Shown here: positions 10,430-20,483 of the stretch, in pieces
Layout: the number at the start of each line of letters is the position of its first letter
How positions within the stretch are numbered: the stretch's first letter is position 1
Origin: Candidatus Latescibacterota bacterium
Lineage (GTDB): Bacteria > Latescibacterota > UBA2968 > UBA8231
Assembly (NCBI GenBank): GCA_965261395.1
Contig: OZ253462.1
Location: 2,656,001 to 2,720,000 of the forward strand
Direction: 5' to 3'
DNA: 64,000 nt
Made by a program: the position numbers and the translations under genes
Notes under the pieces: generated by a model
The model's database searches: none
What the model was told of the DNA's origin: nothing
Seen by the model: the letters and a program-made list of their open reading frames with translations, nothing else

Positions 10430-11803
10430 TCAAGGGATTTGCCAAGCATCCATGCGGCTCTCAAGGTGGACGCGCAACTCGACTATGGGCACCCGCTCTT
10501 GGGCCATAGTGTCGCGAACGCGCACGGTGACGGTCTGATTCTCTAGGGTATCCGAATCGACCGTTAGGCAGAACGGCGTCCCCACCTCGTCCATGCGCCG
10601 GTAGCGGCGGCCAATCGCGCCGCCCTCGTCGTAAAAAACCCGCATGTAAGGCCGGAGGTCCTCGGCGATTTGCCGGGCAATGGCGGGCATGCCGTCGCGC
10701 TTGACGAGGGGCAATACCGCCGCTTTGATTGGCGCAATGCGGGGGTGAAAGCGCATTACCACCCTCGTCTCTTCCCTGACCTCTTCCTCGTGATATGCCT
10801 CGACTAAGCAGGCCATGCAAGTGCGGCTGGCCCCTATTGAGGTTTCTACTACGTAGGGCACGAACTTTGTGCGCTGCTGCTCGTCGAAGTACTTGAGCTG
10901 TTTGCCCGAGAATTTTTCGTGCTGCGATAGGTCGTAGTCGCCGCGATTGTGGATGCCCTCGATCTCGCCCGGGCCAAAGGGGAACTCGTATTGGATGTCG
11001 AAGGCGGCGCGGGCATAATGGGCCAGTTCGTCGCCTTGGTGTTCGTGCCAGCTCAACTTGCCCTCGGGTAGGCCGATATGCGCGAACCACTTCCAGCGCT
11101 CCTCGCGCCAGTAGTCGAACCACTCGTCTTGGGTTCCTGGCGCGACGAAGTACTGCATCTCCATCTGCTCAAATTCTCGAGTGCGGAAGAGGAAATTCTT
11201 GGTGTTGATCTCGTTGCGGAATGCCTTGCCTATCTGGGCGATGCCAAAGGGCAGCTTCTGGCGCGTCGCCGCTTGCACGTTGAGGTAGTTGACGAAGATG
11301 CCCTGCGCCGTCTCGGGGCGGAGAAAGACCCGTGCACTGTCGTCTTCGAGCGGGCCGACGAAGGTTTTGAACATCAGGTTGAATTGCCGCGGGTCGCTCA
11401 GTTCGTTGCCCTTGGGGCTTTTAATGTCGCGCTCGCGCAGCAGCACGCCCATTTCCTCGGCGCTCAGGCCCGCTACGTCGATGCCGTTTTCTTCGAGGAG
11501 CTGGTCGAGCCGGAAGCGCTCGTTGGTCTTGCGATCTTCGACCATGGGGTCGGTAAAGCTGTCGACGTGGCCCGATGCCTCCCACACTCGCTGATTCATG
11601 AGGATGCTGGCGTCGATGCCCTCCACGTCCTCTCGGTAGGTCATGGCCTTCCACCAGACCTCTTTGATGTTGCGCAACAGCTCGACGCCCAAAGGGCCGT
11701 AATCCCAGCAGCCATTGAGACCACCGTAGATTTCCGAGCTTTGGAAGATGAAGCCTTTGCGCTTACACAGGGATACTAGTTTCTCCATTGCGTCGTCGGA
11801 CAT
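10430..11803 (-). CDS. glyQS: Glycine--tRNA ligase, alpha2 homodimeric type
   Basis: EIYGG, DYGPLG, LRPETAQGIF, FRNEI...FRTREFEQME motifs and anticodon-binding domain. Start set at MSDDAMEK after GGAG. Confidence 0.95.
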   Translation of the reverse strand: MSDDAMEKLVSLCKRKGFIFQSSEIYGGLNGCWDYGPLGVELLRNIKEVWWKAMTYREDVEGIDASILMNQRVWEASGHVDSFTDPMVEDRKTNERFRLDQLLEENGIDVAGLSAEEMGVLLRERDIKSPKGNELSDPRQFNLMFKTFVGPLEDDSARVFLRPETAQGIFVNYLNVQAATRQKLPFGIAQIGKAFRNEINTKNFLFRTREFEQMEMQYFVAPGTQDEWFDYWREERWKWFAHIGLPEGKLSWHEHQGDELAHYARAAFDIQYEFPFGPGEIEGIHNRGDYDLSQHEKFSGKQLKYFDEQQRTKFVPYVVETSIGASRTCMACLVEAYHEEEVREETRVVMRFHPRIAPIKAAVLPLVKRDGMPAIARQIAEDLRPYMRVFYDEGGAIGRRYRRMDEVGTPFCLTVDSDTLENQTVTVRVRDTMAQERVPIVELRVHLESRMDAWQIP

Positions 11804-11819
11804 GAAAATCTCCAATAAG

Positions 11820-12599
11820 TTAGGCGGGCAAAGCGGCCTTGTTGAGGCCATCGAGAAAGTCGAGCGATTTAAGCCGGCTGTGCTCGCCCCCGTAGTACTC
11901 TAGAAAGCCGCGCAAAGCCATGCGGATCTCGCCGCGCTGGGCAGGGGCTTGGGGGAGGGCCTCTTTGCTGTAGGTCCTAAGACCCTGGAGGACAGCGAGA
12001 AAGCGCAAGCTACGCTGGGCTAAACGCACTCCGTTCCCAGGGCCGCAGGCGGCGCACAGGCTACCCCCTAGGGCTGCGCTGAACCACGACGAGGGGCCAA
12101 CTAGCTCGCGTTGGCAGGTAATGCACTGGCGTAGCTCCGGGCGATAGCCTAGGGCCGCGGCGGTGCGTAGCTGGAAGTACCAGAACAGCGATTCGACCTG
12201 TTCTGGCTCTACTTCAGCAAGGCCGTGCAATACCCCAGATAGGCACTGGTAGAGTCGGAGGTTGCCTGCGCCCTCGATCGTCAGGCGGTCAACTAGCTCG
12301 CAGGCGGCGCTACCAAAGGAAAGTCGCTCTAGGCTTTGCGATAGATCGGGCGCTGGTTTGAGGAGGGTGCATTCACTCAGGGTTTGCAGGTCGCGAGTTT
12401 CTTTGACGTAGCAGATGGCTTGGACTTCGGTCATCAGGCCGAGCGCGGCGCCGAACCGGCTCTTGGGCTTGCGGGCACCCTGGGCCATGGCCTTGAGCTT
12501 GCCGCACTCCTGAGCGTAGAACGTCACCAGGCTGCTGGTCTCGCCCATGCGCATGGTGCGCAGCACGATGGCACGCGTTTTGACGATAGTGCGCGGCAC
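11820..12599 (-). CDS. recO: DNA repair protein RecO
   Basis: N-terminal OB fold (AIVLR...GETS...GARKPKSRF) and CxxC...CxxC zinc finger. Confidence 0.9.
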   Translation of the reverse strand: MPRTIVKTRAIVLRTMRMGETSSLVTFYAQECGKLKAMAQGARKPKSRFGAALGLMTEVQAICYVKETRDLQTLSECTLLKPAPDLSQSLERLSFGSAACELVDRLTIEGAGNLRLYQCLSGVLHGLAEVEPEQVESLFWYFQLRTAAALGYRPELRQCITCQRELVGPSSWFSAALGGSLCAACGPGNGVRLAQRSLRFLAVLQGLRTYSKEALPQAPAQRGEIRMALRGFLEYYGGEHSRLKSLDFLDGLNKAALPA

Positions 12600-12602
12600 A
12601 GG

Positions 12603-12884
12603 TCAATCGCCCTCTTCCTCAGGCAGGGGGATGACTACCTCGCCCGGTTTGACCAAGCCGAGATCTTCGCGCGCGACCCTCTCGATGAAATCGATGTCGC
12701 TTTCGAGCAATTTTAGCACTTGGCGCAAGCTATCCGTTTCGGCTTCTAGTTGTTTCTTCTGCGCTTCAAGCTCCGTTAGGGTTTTCTCTTCCTGCCACAC
12801 TTTGTAGAACAGCCCATTGCCAAAGGCCACGTAAGCCACGAGAACGAGGAAGGCGATCAGCAAGATCTTGGTCGTTTTAGTCAC
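12603..12884 (-). CDS. ftsB: Septum formation initiator FtsB/DivIC family protein
   Basis: One TM helix, coiled coil, IERVAREDLGLVKPGE motif. Confidence 0.8.
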   Translation of the reverse strand: MTKTTKILLIAFLVLVAYVAFGNGLFYKVWQEEKTLTELEAQKKQLEAETDSLRQVLKLLESDIDFIERVAREDLGLVKPGEVVIPLPEEEGD

Positions 12885-12891
12885 GTCGATT

Positions 12892-14037
12892 TTAAAATAA
12901 GACGAGGTCGTCGCGATGGATGACTTCGCGGGCGGGGCGGCCTAGCTCGCTTGCGACTTCAGGCGAGTTCATGCCTAATATGCGGCGCAGTTCAGCGGAG
13001 GAGTAACGGCACAAGCCCCGCCCCAGCTTCTCGCCGCGCTCGCCGATCACCTGTACCACGTCGCCAGCGGCAAACTCGCCCTCGCAGGAGACGACCCCCA
13101 CCGGGAGCAGGCTCTTGTCCTGCTCGGTGATGGCGCGTTGGGCACCGCGGTCGATCACCGCGCTGCCACAGCACTGGCTGGCAAAGCCGATCCAGCGATG
13201 CCGGCTGTTGAGCTTGCGGCCGGTCGGCAGAAAAAGCGTCCCCTGCTCGCGGCCGGCGAGGATGTGACGCAATCGGTGTCTGCGCCCGTGCGCGATGACC
13301 GCCATTTCGCCGCAGGCCATCAAGAGCCGAGCGGCCTGTAGCTTAGTCGCCATGCCGCCGCTGCCGCGCCCGTCGAGCGAGCGGCCGATCATCCCCTCTA
13401 TAGCGAGGCTGTCTTGACTCACTTGGCTCACTAGCTTGCCTTCGGGGCCACGCGGGCCGAAGGCGTGGTAAAGCCCCTCGACATCCGAGAAAATGACCAG
13501 CATATCCGCCCGGATTAGGTTCGTCACATAAGCGGCGAGCATGTCATTTTCCCCGAGCTGGCGCCGGAGTTCGGCAACGGCGACGCTGTCGTTTTCGTTG
13601 ATTAGGGGCACGGCCCCGTAGGCAAAGAGATTGCGAAAGGTGTTTTCGAGATTTACGTAGCGATGACGGTCGCCGAGGATATCTTCGGCGGTTAAGAGTA
13701 CTTGGCCGATGGGCACACCTCGGCGGTGGAACTTGTCCTTGTAGATATCCATCAACAGGACTTGGCCGATGGCCGCGAGGGCTTGTAGTTGGGCGATGTT
13801 ATCTGGGCGTTTGTCCAACTCCATCCGCCCCATGCCCGCGGCTACCGCTCCCGAGGTGACGACCGCCACTTCCAGTCCCTGTGAGCGCAGTTCGACCACG
13901 TCTTCGACGAGCTGTGCAACGACCTCATCGTCGAGTTTGTGGCACTGAGTGGTCAGGGCGCTGCTGCCGATCTTGACCACCAGCCGCTGCACCTCGCTCA
14001 TCAGTGCCTGTCTCGGTACTTCGCTTGCCTCGGTCAC
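12892..14037 (-). CDS. proB: Glutamate 5-kinase with PUA domain
   Basis: VVKIGSS, SGAVAAG, INENDSV, GGMATKL, C-terminal PUA (SLLPVGV...IHRDDL). Confidence 0.95.
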   Translation of the reverse strand: MTEASEVPRQALMSEVQRLVVKIGSSALTTQCHKLDDEVVAQLVEDVVELRSQGLEVAVVTSGAVAAGMGRMELDKRPDNIAQLQALAAIGQVLLMDIYKDKFHRRGVPIGQVLLTAEDILGDRHRYVNLENTFRNLFAYGAVPLINENDSVAVAELRRQLGENDMLAAYVTNLIRADMLVIFSDVEGLYHAFGPRGPEGKLVSQVSQDSLAIEGMIGRSLDGRGSGGMATKLQAARLLMACGEMAVIAHGRRHRLRHILAGREQGTLFLPTGRKLNSRHRWIGFASQCCGSAVIDRGAQRAITEQDKSLLPVGVVSCEGEFAAGDVVQVIGERGEKLGRGLCRYSSAELRRILGMNSPEVASELGRPAREVIHRDDLVLF

Positions 14038-14807
14038 TGGCGCACCATTACTCCGCGCTCGCGCAGAAAGCTCTTGACTTCGGGAATTGAATAATGCTGA
14101 AAGTGGAAGATGGAGGCCGCCAGCGCGGCACTGGCCTCGCCCGTGGTCAGCACCTCGTAGATGTGGTCGAGGTTACCGGCACCGCCCGAGGCGACGATGG
14201 GTACATCCACGCAGCGCGCCACCGCTTGGTTTAGCTCGAGGTCGTACCCAGCGCGGGTCCCGTCGGCGTCGATGCTGTTGAGCACCAACTCGCCTGCCCC
14301 GCGATCGACGAGGGCTTCCACCCACTCTAGGGCGTCGATGCCGGTGGCCTTGCGCCCGCCGTTGATGTACAGCTCCCACGACGGTGGCTCGCCGGGCGCA
14401 GTCGGACGCCTAAGCGCGTCGATGGCTGCTACGATGCACTGCGAGCCAAAGCTCTCGGCGCTTTGGTTGATGATTTCCGGCGAATATACATGGGCCGAGT
14501 TGATCGAGACCTTGTCGGCACCGGTCTTGAGAATGTGGCGCACGTCCGCGAAGGTGCGAATCCCGCCGCCGACCATCAGGGGAATGAAGACCCGTTCGGA
14601 GACTTGGCGCACGAGGTCCATGACGATGGCGCGGCCATCGGCTGAAGCAGTGATGTCGTAGAAGACGAGTTCGTCTGCGCCTTCGGCGTCGTAGCGCGCG
14701 GCTAGCTCGACAGGGTCGCCGGCGTCGCGGTCGGCCGAAAAGCGCACTCCGCGCACGTTGCGACCATTTTTGACATCTAGACAGGGAATGATTCGCTTGG
14801 CGAGCAT
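14034..14807 (-). CDS. hisF: Imidazole glycerol phosphate synthase cyclase subunit
   Basis: [39 protein letters not shown]. Confidence 0.97.
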   Translation of the reverse strand: MLAKRIIPCLDVKNGRNVRGVRFSADRDAGDPVELAARYDAEGADELVFYDITASADGRAIVMDLVRQVSERVFIPLMVGGGIRTFADVRHILKTGADKVSINSAHVYSPEIINQSAESFGSQCIVAAIDALRRPTAPGEPPSWELYINGGRKATGIDALEWVEALVDRGAGELVLNSIDADGTRAGYDLELNQAVARCVDVPIVASGGAGNLDHIYEVLTTGEASAALAASIFHFQHYSIPEVKSFLRERGVMVRQ

Positions 14808-14813
14808 ATCTCT

Positions 14814-15416
14814 TCAGTGCAGGCGCGCGAAGTTGTCGAGGAGGCGCAAGCCGTGGGCTTGGCTCTTTTCCGGATGAAATTGCACGCCAAAGACGCGGCC
14901 GCTCCCAGCGACTGAGGTGTAGTCAATCCCGTAGTCGGTCGTGGCAACGCAATCGCCGGTGTTGTCGTTTACTACGTAGTAAGAATGCACAAAGTAGAAA
15001 AAACTCCCTTCGGGTACGCCCTCTAAAAGCGAGACCTTGCGCTTGATGGCGATTTGGTTCCAGCCGATGTGTGGCACTCGCTCGGTAGGAGGGAAACGCA
15101 CGCATTTGCCCGGCAGAATTCCGAGGCCGCGATGCCTGCCCATTTCCTCACTTTCCTCGAACATGAGTTGTAGTCCCACGCAGATGCCCAAGAAGGGCTT
15201 GTCGGCCGCGAGCCCCTCGGCGATGGCCGCGTCCCAACCGGCGACTTGCAAGTTGTGCATGGCGTCGCCAAAGGCCGCGTCCCCAGGCAAAACGAGATGC
15301 GTGGCCGCGCTTAGGCGTTCGGGGGCTTCGACGATCTCGGCCGCATAGCCGAGGAATTCGAAGGCCTTCTGCACGCTGCGCAAATTGCCCATGCCGTAGT
15401 CGATGACCGCGATCAC
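14814..15416 (-). CDS. hisH: Imidazole glycerol phosphate synthase glutaminase subunit
   Basis: IDYGMGNLRSV, GICVG, PHIGWN, QFHPEKS. Confidence 0.97.
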   Translation of the reverse strand: MIAVIDYGMGNLRSVQKAFEFLGYAAEIVEAPERLSAATHLVLPGDAAFGDAMHNLQVAGWDAAIAEGLAADKPFLGICVGLQLMFEESEEMGRHRGLGILPGKCVRFPPTERVPHIGWNQIAIKRKVSLLEGVPEGSFFYFVHSYYVVNDNTGDCVATTDYGIDYTSVAGSGRVFGVQFHPEKSQAHGLRLLDNFARLH

Positions 15417-16222
15417 GACTGCCCCAATTCGGCGGAGCGCTCGGCTGCGGCCAGCACGGCGCTGATCAAGGCGTCGCGCAGCCCTTTTTCTTCTAGCTTG
15501 TGTAGCCCTGCGGCCGTAGTTCCGCCCGGCGAAGTAACTTGATCCCTGAGCACGGCCGGATGCTCGCCGCTTTCGAGTACGAGGCGCGCGGCACCGAGCA
15601 GGGTTTGCGCGGCGAGCTTTAATGCGGTTTCACGCGGCAAGCCGGCGCGTACGCCGCCATCGGCGAGAGCCTCGACGACGGTGTAAGCCCAAGCCGGGCC
15701 GCTACCGGAAAGCCCCGTAACGGCGTCCATGAGACTTTCGGGGACCTCGACTGTTGCGCCGACCAAGTCGAAGAGAGACCGCACCAGCGCCACCTGCTCC
15801 GCGCTGGCAGCGCGACCGGCGCAGAGAGCGCAAGCCGCACCCCGGACCCTCACTAGTGTCTGCGGCATGACGCGCACCACGGACATTTGCGCGGGTAGCA
15901 GCTCTTCAAGCCGAGCGGTCGATACACCGGCCATAAGTGAAACGACTACCTGCTGGGTACTGAAGTGCGCGGCTAGCCCCTTCAATACCGGAGCGGCTAC
16001 TTGCGGCTTGAGCACCAACACTACCAAATCCTGGCCGCGGACCGCATCTGCAGCGTCGGTGCCGGTGTGAATGCCCAACGCCGACAAGCCTTCGAGTGCT
16101 TCCGGACGGATGTCGGTCGCGGTTATCTGACCCGAAGGAAGCAGGCCAACCAAACCTTCAATCAGCGCCCCCCCCATGTTGCCGGTGCCCACAAATCCCA
16201 ATTTGCTCTTTTCGATCATCAA
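15413..16222 (-). CDS. proC: Pyrroline-5-carboxylate reductase
   Basis: GTGNMG, TGLSGSGPA, VTSPGGTT. Confidence 0.95.
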   Translation of the reverse strand: MMIEKSKLGFVGTGNMGGALIEGLVGLLPSGQITATDIRPEALEGLSALGIHTGTDAADAVRGQDLVVLVLKPQVAAPVLKGLAAHFSTQQVVVSLMAGVSTARLEELLPAQMSVVRVMPQTLVRVRGAACALCAGRAASAEQVALVRSLFDLVGATVEVPESLMDAVTGLSGSGPAWAYTVVEALADGGVRAGLPRETALKLAAQTLLGAARLVLESGEHPAVLRDQVTSPGGTTAAGLHKLEEKGLRDALISAVLAAAERSAELGQS

Positions 16223-16341
16223 TTTTTAGACCCGATAAAATACGACAAATTCCAAGCACAAAATTAAAATGGCCGTTTTAGCAAATTATGTCAAACGCCT
16301 CTAATGAGAGCGTTCCCCCTATGAAAAAGCTAGATTTTTGC

Positions 16342-16369
16342 TTGACTTATACGGCCCTAGTAATATATT
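16342..16369 (+). promoter_or_regulatory. Putative sigma70 promoter for the H1-like/SWIB gene
   Basis: TTGACT-16 nt-TATATT in an AT-rich intergenic region. Confidence 0.5.
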
Positions 16370-16510
16370 GGAAAATAATGTTGTAGCTTCACAAAACGGG
16401 TAACATCGGCCCTAAACTTCACGAGGCGGAAAAGGCCGATAAGCCGCATTCTCAAATTCTCAGACCCCTTTCGCGGGTTTTATCCCTAATTAACCAAAGG
16501 AGAATTTCGC

Positions 16511-17062
16511 ATGGCTAAGAAGAAAGCTGCCGCTAAGAAGGCCGCCGCGAAGAAGGCCGCTCCTAAGAAGGCCGCCGCGAAGAAGGCCGCTCCTAAGAAG
16601 GCCGCTCCTAAGAAGGCCGCTCCTAAGAAGGCCGCTCCTAAGAAGGCCGCTCCTAAGAAGGCCGCTCCTAAGAAGGCCGCTCCTAAGAAGGCCGCTCCTA
16701 AGAAGGCCGCTCCTAAGAAGGCCGCTCCTAAGAAGGCCGCCGCGAAGAAAAAACCCGCCGTGAAGAAGACTGCTGCAAAGAAAAAGCCCGCCGCGAAGAA
16801 AAAGGCGAAACGCAAGCCCAATCCCGCCTTTATGAGGCCCTTGCAGCCCGACGCCGCCCTAGGGGCCATAGTCGGTAACAAGCCATTGCCGCGCACTCAG
16901 ATTACCAAGAAAATCTGGGCGTACATCAAGAAGAATGGCCTGCAAGACGAGCAAAACAAGCGCATGATCAATGCCGACGACAAGCTCCAAGCCATCTTCG
17001 GTGGTGAAAAGCAAGTGAGCATGTTTGAGCTGACCAAACTGGTTAGTGAGCATGTGGAATAG
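16511..17062 (+). CDS. Histone H1-like Lys/Ala/Pro repeat protein with C-terminal SWIB/MDM2 domain
   Basis: AAGGAG RBS; KKAAP repeats; SWIB signature PNPAFM...PRTQITKKIWAYIKKNGLQD...INADDKL...VSMFEL. Confidence 0.9.
   Translation: MAKKKAAAKKAAAKKAAPKKAAAKKAAPKKAAPKKAAPKKAAPKKAAPKKAAPKKAAPKKAAPKKAAPKKAAPKKAAAKKKPAVKKTAAKKKPAAKKKAKRKPNPAFMRPLQPDAALGAIVGNKPLPRTQITKKIWAYIKKNGLQDEQNKRMINADDKLQAIFGGEKQVSMFELTKLVSEHVE
16535..16744 (+). repeat. 15-bp coding tandem repeat AAGAAGGCCGC(TCCT/CGCG), 14 units
   Basis: Ten consecutive identical AAGAAGGCCGCTCCT units at 16580-16729, plus four flanking units. Confidence 0.95.
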
Positions 17063-17099
17063 CTACTCCTAAGCAAGACGTTGTAGCCCAGTACCATTG

Positions 17100-17135
17100 G
17101 AGAGGGATTCCCGGCGGGGGGTCCCTCTCTTTGTT
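17100..17135 (+). terminator. Intrinsic terminator after the SWIB gene
   Basis: GAGAGGGA...TCCCTCTC hairpin followed by TTTGTT. Confidence 0.7.
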
Positions 17136-17148
17136 ATATTACCCTTCT

Positions 17149-18198
17149 ATGTCCCCTTACTTTGAGCTGATCCTAGCCGTCAGCATCGTCCTCGTCGTAT
17201 CCTGTGTTTGTTCGCTCTTGGAAGCCGCGCTCTACTCGCTGCCCGCTAGTCAGATCGAAATGCTAGCTGGCCAAGGACGTACTTCGGGCAAGATCCTCAA
17301 GAGCTTGTACGCGGATATCCAGCGCCCTATCTCGGCCATCCTCACGCTGAACACCTTGGCTAACACCGGCGGAGCCGCCATTGCGGGTGCCGCTTTTGTC
17401 GGCGTGTTTCCGCAGACGCCGGAGACGTACTTTACCATCGCTATCTCGCTGGGAGTATTGATCTTTTCGGAGATTATCCCCAAGACGGTGGGGGTGGTGT
17501 ACGCCCGGTCTCTGGCTCGGTTGATCGCCCATCCGATCCAATGGCTGGTGTGGCTGTTCGCACCCTTTATCTGGCTCAACAAATTCATCGTTCGGCTGAT
17601 CACAGCCGGGGTACCAGCCGTGCCGGTGGTGGTGCCAGAAGAGATTGAGATTATCGCGCGGATGAGCCGCCGCTCTGGCACCATATCGTCCAACCAAGAG
17701 CGCGTCATCCAAAACATCCTCAAGCTCGACGAGTTGCGGGCGCGCGATATTATGACCCCGCGCACAGTGGTCCACTGCCTCGACCGCGATTTGAGCTTGG
17801 CCGAGGCTCGCCAGCAGTCCGCTGGCTGGTCTCACAGCCGGGTGCCACTCTACCAGGGAGAGCGGGAAAACATCGTTGGCTTAGTGCTGCGGCGCGATGC
17901 GTTCAGCGCCTTGGCCGATGGCCGCGATCAAGCCAAGCTCTTTGAGGTGGGCCGTTCCATCCATTCGGTGCCCGAGTCGGCGCGGGCTAGCCGCCTGCTC
18001 GAAGAATTCATCCAGCGGCGCGAGCACCTTTTTGCCGTCGTCGATGAATACGGTGGCTTCGCCGGCATCGTTACTTTGGAGGACGTGATTGAAGAAATCG
18101 TCGGCCAAGAAATCGTCGGCGAATTCGATCCGGCCGTCGATATGCAGGAGCACGCGCGACAGGAACGCCAAGACCTGACCGACTCGGCACCGGAATGA
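17149..18198 (+). CDS. CNNM/CorC (DUF21-CBS) hemolysin-family membrane protein
   Basis: CSLLEAAL, ILTLNT, SEIIPKT, IMTPR, HSRVP and VVDEYGG...TLEDVIEEIVG motifs. Confidence 0.9.
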   Translation: MSPYFELILAVSIVLVVSCVCSLLEAALYSLPASQIEMLAGQGRTSGKILKSLYADIQRPISAILTLNTLANTGGAAIAGAAFVGVFPQTPETYFTIAISLGVLIFSEIIPKTVGVVYARSLARLIAHPIQWLVWLFAPFIWLNKFIVRLITAGVPAVPVVVPEEIEIIARMSRRSGTISSNQERVIQNILKLDELRARDIMTPRTVVHCLDRDLSLAEARQQSAGWSHSRVPLYQGERENIVGLVLRRDAFSALADGRDQAKLFEVGRSIHSVPESARASRLLEEFIQRREHLFAVVDEYGGFAGIVTLEDVIEEIVGQEIVGEFDPAVDMQEHARQERQDLTDSAPE

Positions 18199-18277
18199 GG
18201 CCGCCTGTTCACCGCGTCTTTTTTTAACTAAGTTTTTACTCGCTGTTAAACCCTCTCAAAAGGAGTATCTACGGACG

Positions 18278-19360
18278 ATGAAAGCGCTTGTTGCGCTCGC
18301 GGACGGCACCGTCTTTGAGGGCCGTGCCCTTGGCCACGGGGGTGAGTGCCTCGGCGAAATGGTCTTTAATACCAGCATGACCGGCTATCAGGAAATTCTC
18401 ACAGACCCCTCCTATGCCGGCCAGATCGTCACCATGACGTACCCACTTATAGGCAACTACGGGGTCACGCCCGAAGACGACGAATCGGCAAGGCCCCAAG
18501 TCCGCGGCTTCCTGATGAAAGAGTGCTGCCGCCTACCGAGTAGCTGGCGTGCGCGCCAGAGCTTACCCGCGTACCTCGAAGAGCACGGCGTTCTCGGCAT
18601 CGAGGGCATCGACACCCGCGAGTTGACCCGCAGAGTGCGCATCAAAGGCGTGATGGACGCCGCCATTTCCACCACAGATCTCGACCCGGACAGCTTAGTC
18701 GAAAAGGCTCGCGCTTGGTCCGGGCTCACCGGTGTGGACATGGTCGCCGCCGTTAGTTGCTCTGCGCCCTATGTCGAAAGCCCCGAAGCCCCGCGCTTCC
18801 ACGTCGTTGCGCTAGACTACGGAATCAAGCGCAATATCGTCCGCTGCTTGGTCGCCGCGGGATGCAAGGTGACGGTCGTGCCGGCTAAAACTACAGCCGA
18901 CGAGGTTGTGGCCTTAGAGCCGGACGGCGTCTTTCTCTCCAACGGACCGGGCGACCCTCGGCCCCTCGACTACGCGATCGCGACCTGTAAGGGCCTCATT
19001 GGCAAAAAGCCGATCTTCGGCATTTGCTTGGGCCACGAGATTCTCGGCTTGGCTTTTGGCGCGGAAATTTACCGCCTCAAATTCGGGCACCGTGGGGCCA
19101 ATCAGCCGATCAAGGAACGCGCTAGCGACCGGATCCTGATCACCTCTGAAAACCACGGCTGGGGCATTGCGGCCGACTCGTTGCCCGATTGCCTCGAAAT
19201 CACTCGCCTTAACCTCAACGACAATTGCGTCGAGGGCCTGCACCACCGCGAACTGCCCATTTTTTCCATTCAGTGCCACCCGGAGGCTTCGCCAGGTCCG
19301 CACGACAGCTTCCACCTCTTTAGCTATTTCGCTGAGTTGATGGAAAAGCACTCCTCGTAA
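18278..19360 (+). CDS. carA: Carbamoyl-phosphate synthase small subunit
   Basis: FNTSMTGYQE, TDPSY, SNGPGDP, GICLGH, HPEASPGPHD. Confidence 0.97.
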   Translation: MKALVALADGTVFEGRALGHGGECLGEMVFNTSMTGYQEILTDPSYAGQIVTMTYPLIGNYGVTPEDDESARPQVRGFLMKECCRLPSSWRARQSLPAYLEEHGVLGIEGIDTRELTRRVRIKGVMDAAISTTDLDPDSLVEKARAWSGLTGVDMVAAVSCSAPYVESPEAPRFHVVALDYGIKRNIVRCLVAAGCKVTVVPAKTTADEVVALEPDGVFLSNGPGDPRPLDYAIATCKGLIGKKPIFGICLGHEILGLAFGAEIYRLKFGHRGANQPIKERASDRILITSENHGWGIAADSLPDCLEITRLNLNDNCVEGLHHRELPIFSIQCHPEASPGPHDSFHLFSYFAELMEKHSS

Positions 19361-19420
19361 GGCCCTTTGCGGCGGCACTACCCGTTCACTCAACCAAACC
19401 CCAAGCCAAGGAAGCCCTCC

Positions 19421-20467
19421 ATGCCCGTAGTCCAACACGACGTCCTCAACGATCTCTGCTATCGCATTTTTGCCGCTACTGGTATCCCCGCAGATGACGC
19501 CCGTATTGTCGCCGACCACGTCGTCGAAAGCCACCTCCACGGCCACGATTCCCACGGCACTTGGCTAGTTCCCGGCTACGCCCGCGGTATGCAAAATAAC
19601 TACGTCCGCTGGGAAGAGACCCAAGTCGTGCGCGACACCCCCGTGCTCAGGGTCGTCAACGGCAAGGGAGCCAACGGCATCGTCGCCGTCAATCGCGCCC
19701 TCGACATTGCCGTTGACAAAGCCCAAAACTCCACCTTCGGTTTTGTCGGCCTCAACCACATCAGCCATATCTGCCGCCTCGGCGACTATCCGCCGCGGAT
19801 CGCCGAAAAGGGCATGATCGGTATGGTTTGGCTCAATGGCGGTGGCCTCTTCCTCGCGCCCTTCGGCTCGGCCGACCGCCGCCTGCGTCCTGAGCCCATC
19901 GCCTTTTCCGCCCCGCGCCAAAACGGTCCGCCTTTCATGCTCGATATGACCATGACCGTCGTGGCCGGTGGCAAAATCGTGCAGAAGAGCATTCGCCAGG
20001 AGCCAATGCCCGAGGGTTGGGTTATAGATCAGGAAGGCCAGCCCGTCACCGACGCCCAGCGCTATTTAGACGACTCCGAAGGCACCGGTGTCTTGCCGTT
20101 GGGCGGCCTGCAGTTTGGCCACAAAGGCAGCGGACTGGCGATGATGGTGGAAATGTTGGTGGGACCGCTCTCGCACGCGGGCTGCACCAAAGAAGGCGGC
20201 AACGGCGGTAACGGGATCATGGTCCTGGCGATCAATATCGAAGACTTTATCGACTTGGACTCGTACGAGCGCGAGGTCGAAGAGATGGCCAAGTGGGTGT
20301 GCTCAGCTCGCCCCTTGCCCGGGTTTGAGAAAGTCTATGCGCCCGGCGAGCTCGAACAGCAGACTAGAGCGCGACTGCTGGTCGAAGGCATTGATTTGCC
20401 CCAACCCACTTGGGATGAAATCGGCGAGGTGGCGGCGGAGTTGGGCGTGGAGATGCCCGCGCTATGA
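19421..20467 (+). CDS. Ldh_2 family (malate/L-lactate/sulfolactate-type) oxidoreductase
   Basis: GHDSHG, SHICRLG, LPLGG...GHKGSGL and PGE motifs; substrate not assignable. Confidence 0.85.
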   Translation: MPVVQHDVLNDLCYRIFAATGIPADDARIVADHVVESHLHGHDSHGTWLVPGYARGMQNNYVRWEETQVVRDTPVLRVVNGKGANGIVAVNRALDIAVDKAQNSTFGFVGLNHISHICRLGDYPPRIAEKGMIGMVWLNGGGLFLAPFGSADRRLRPEPIAFSAPRQNGPPFMLDMTMTVVAGGKIVQKSIRQEPMPEGWVIDQEGQPVTDAQRYLDDSEGTGVLPLGGLQFGHKGSGLAMMVEMLVGPLSHAGCTKEGGNGGNGIMVLAINIEDFIDLDSYEREVEEMAKWVCSARPLPGFEKVYAPGELEQQTRARLLVEGIDLPQPTWDEIGEVAAELGVEMPAL

Positions 20468-20483
20468 GCTTTAGAAGTTGAGA

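Noticed and set aside
16535-16744. Tandem repeat as a possible CRISPR array
   Set aside because: Units are contiguous 15-mers without spacers, in frame within a protein; no cas genes
16486-16896. Antisense ORF with AAFLG repeats
   Set aside because: Mirror of the KKAAP repeat; the plus strand has the RBS and SWIB domain
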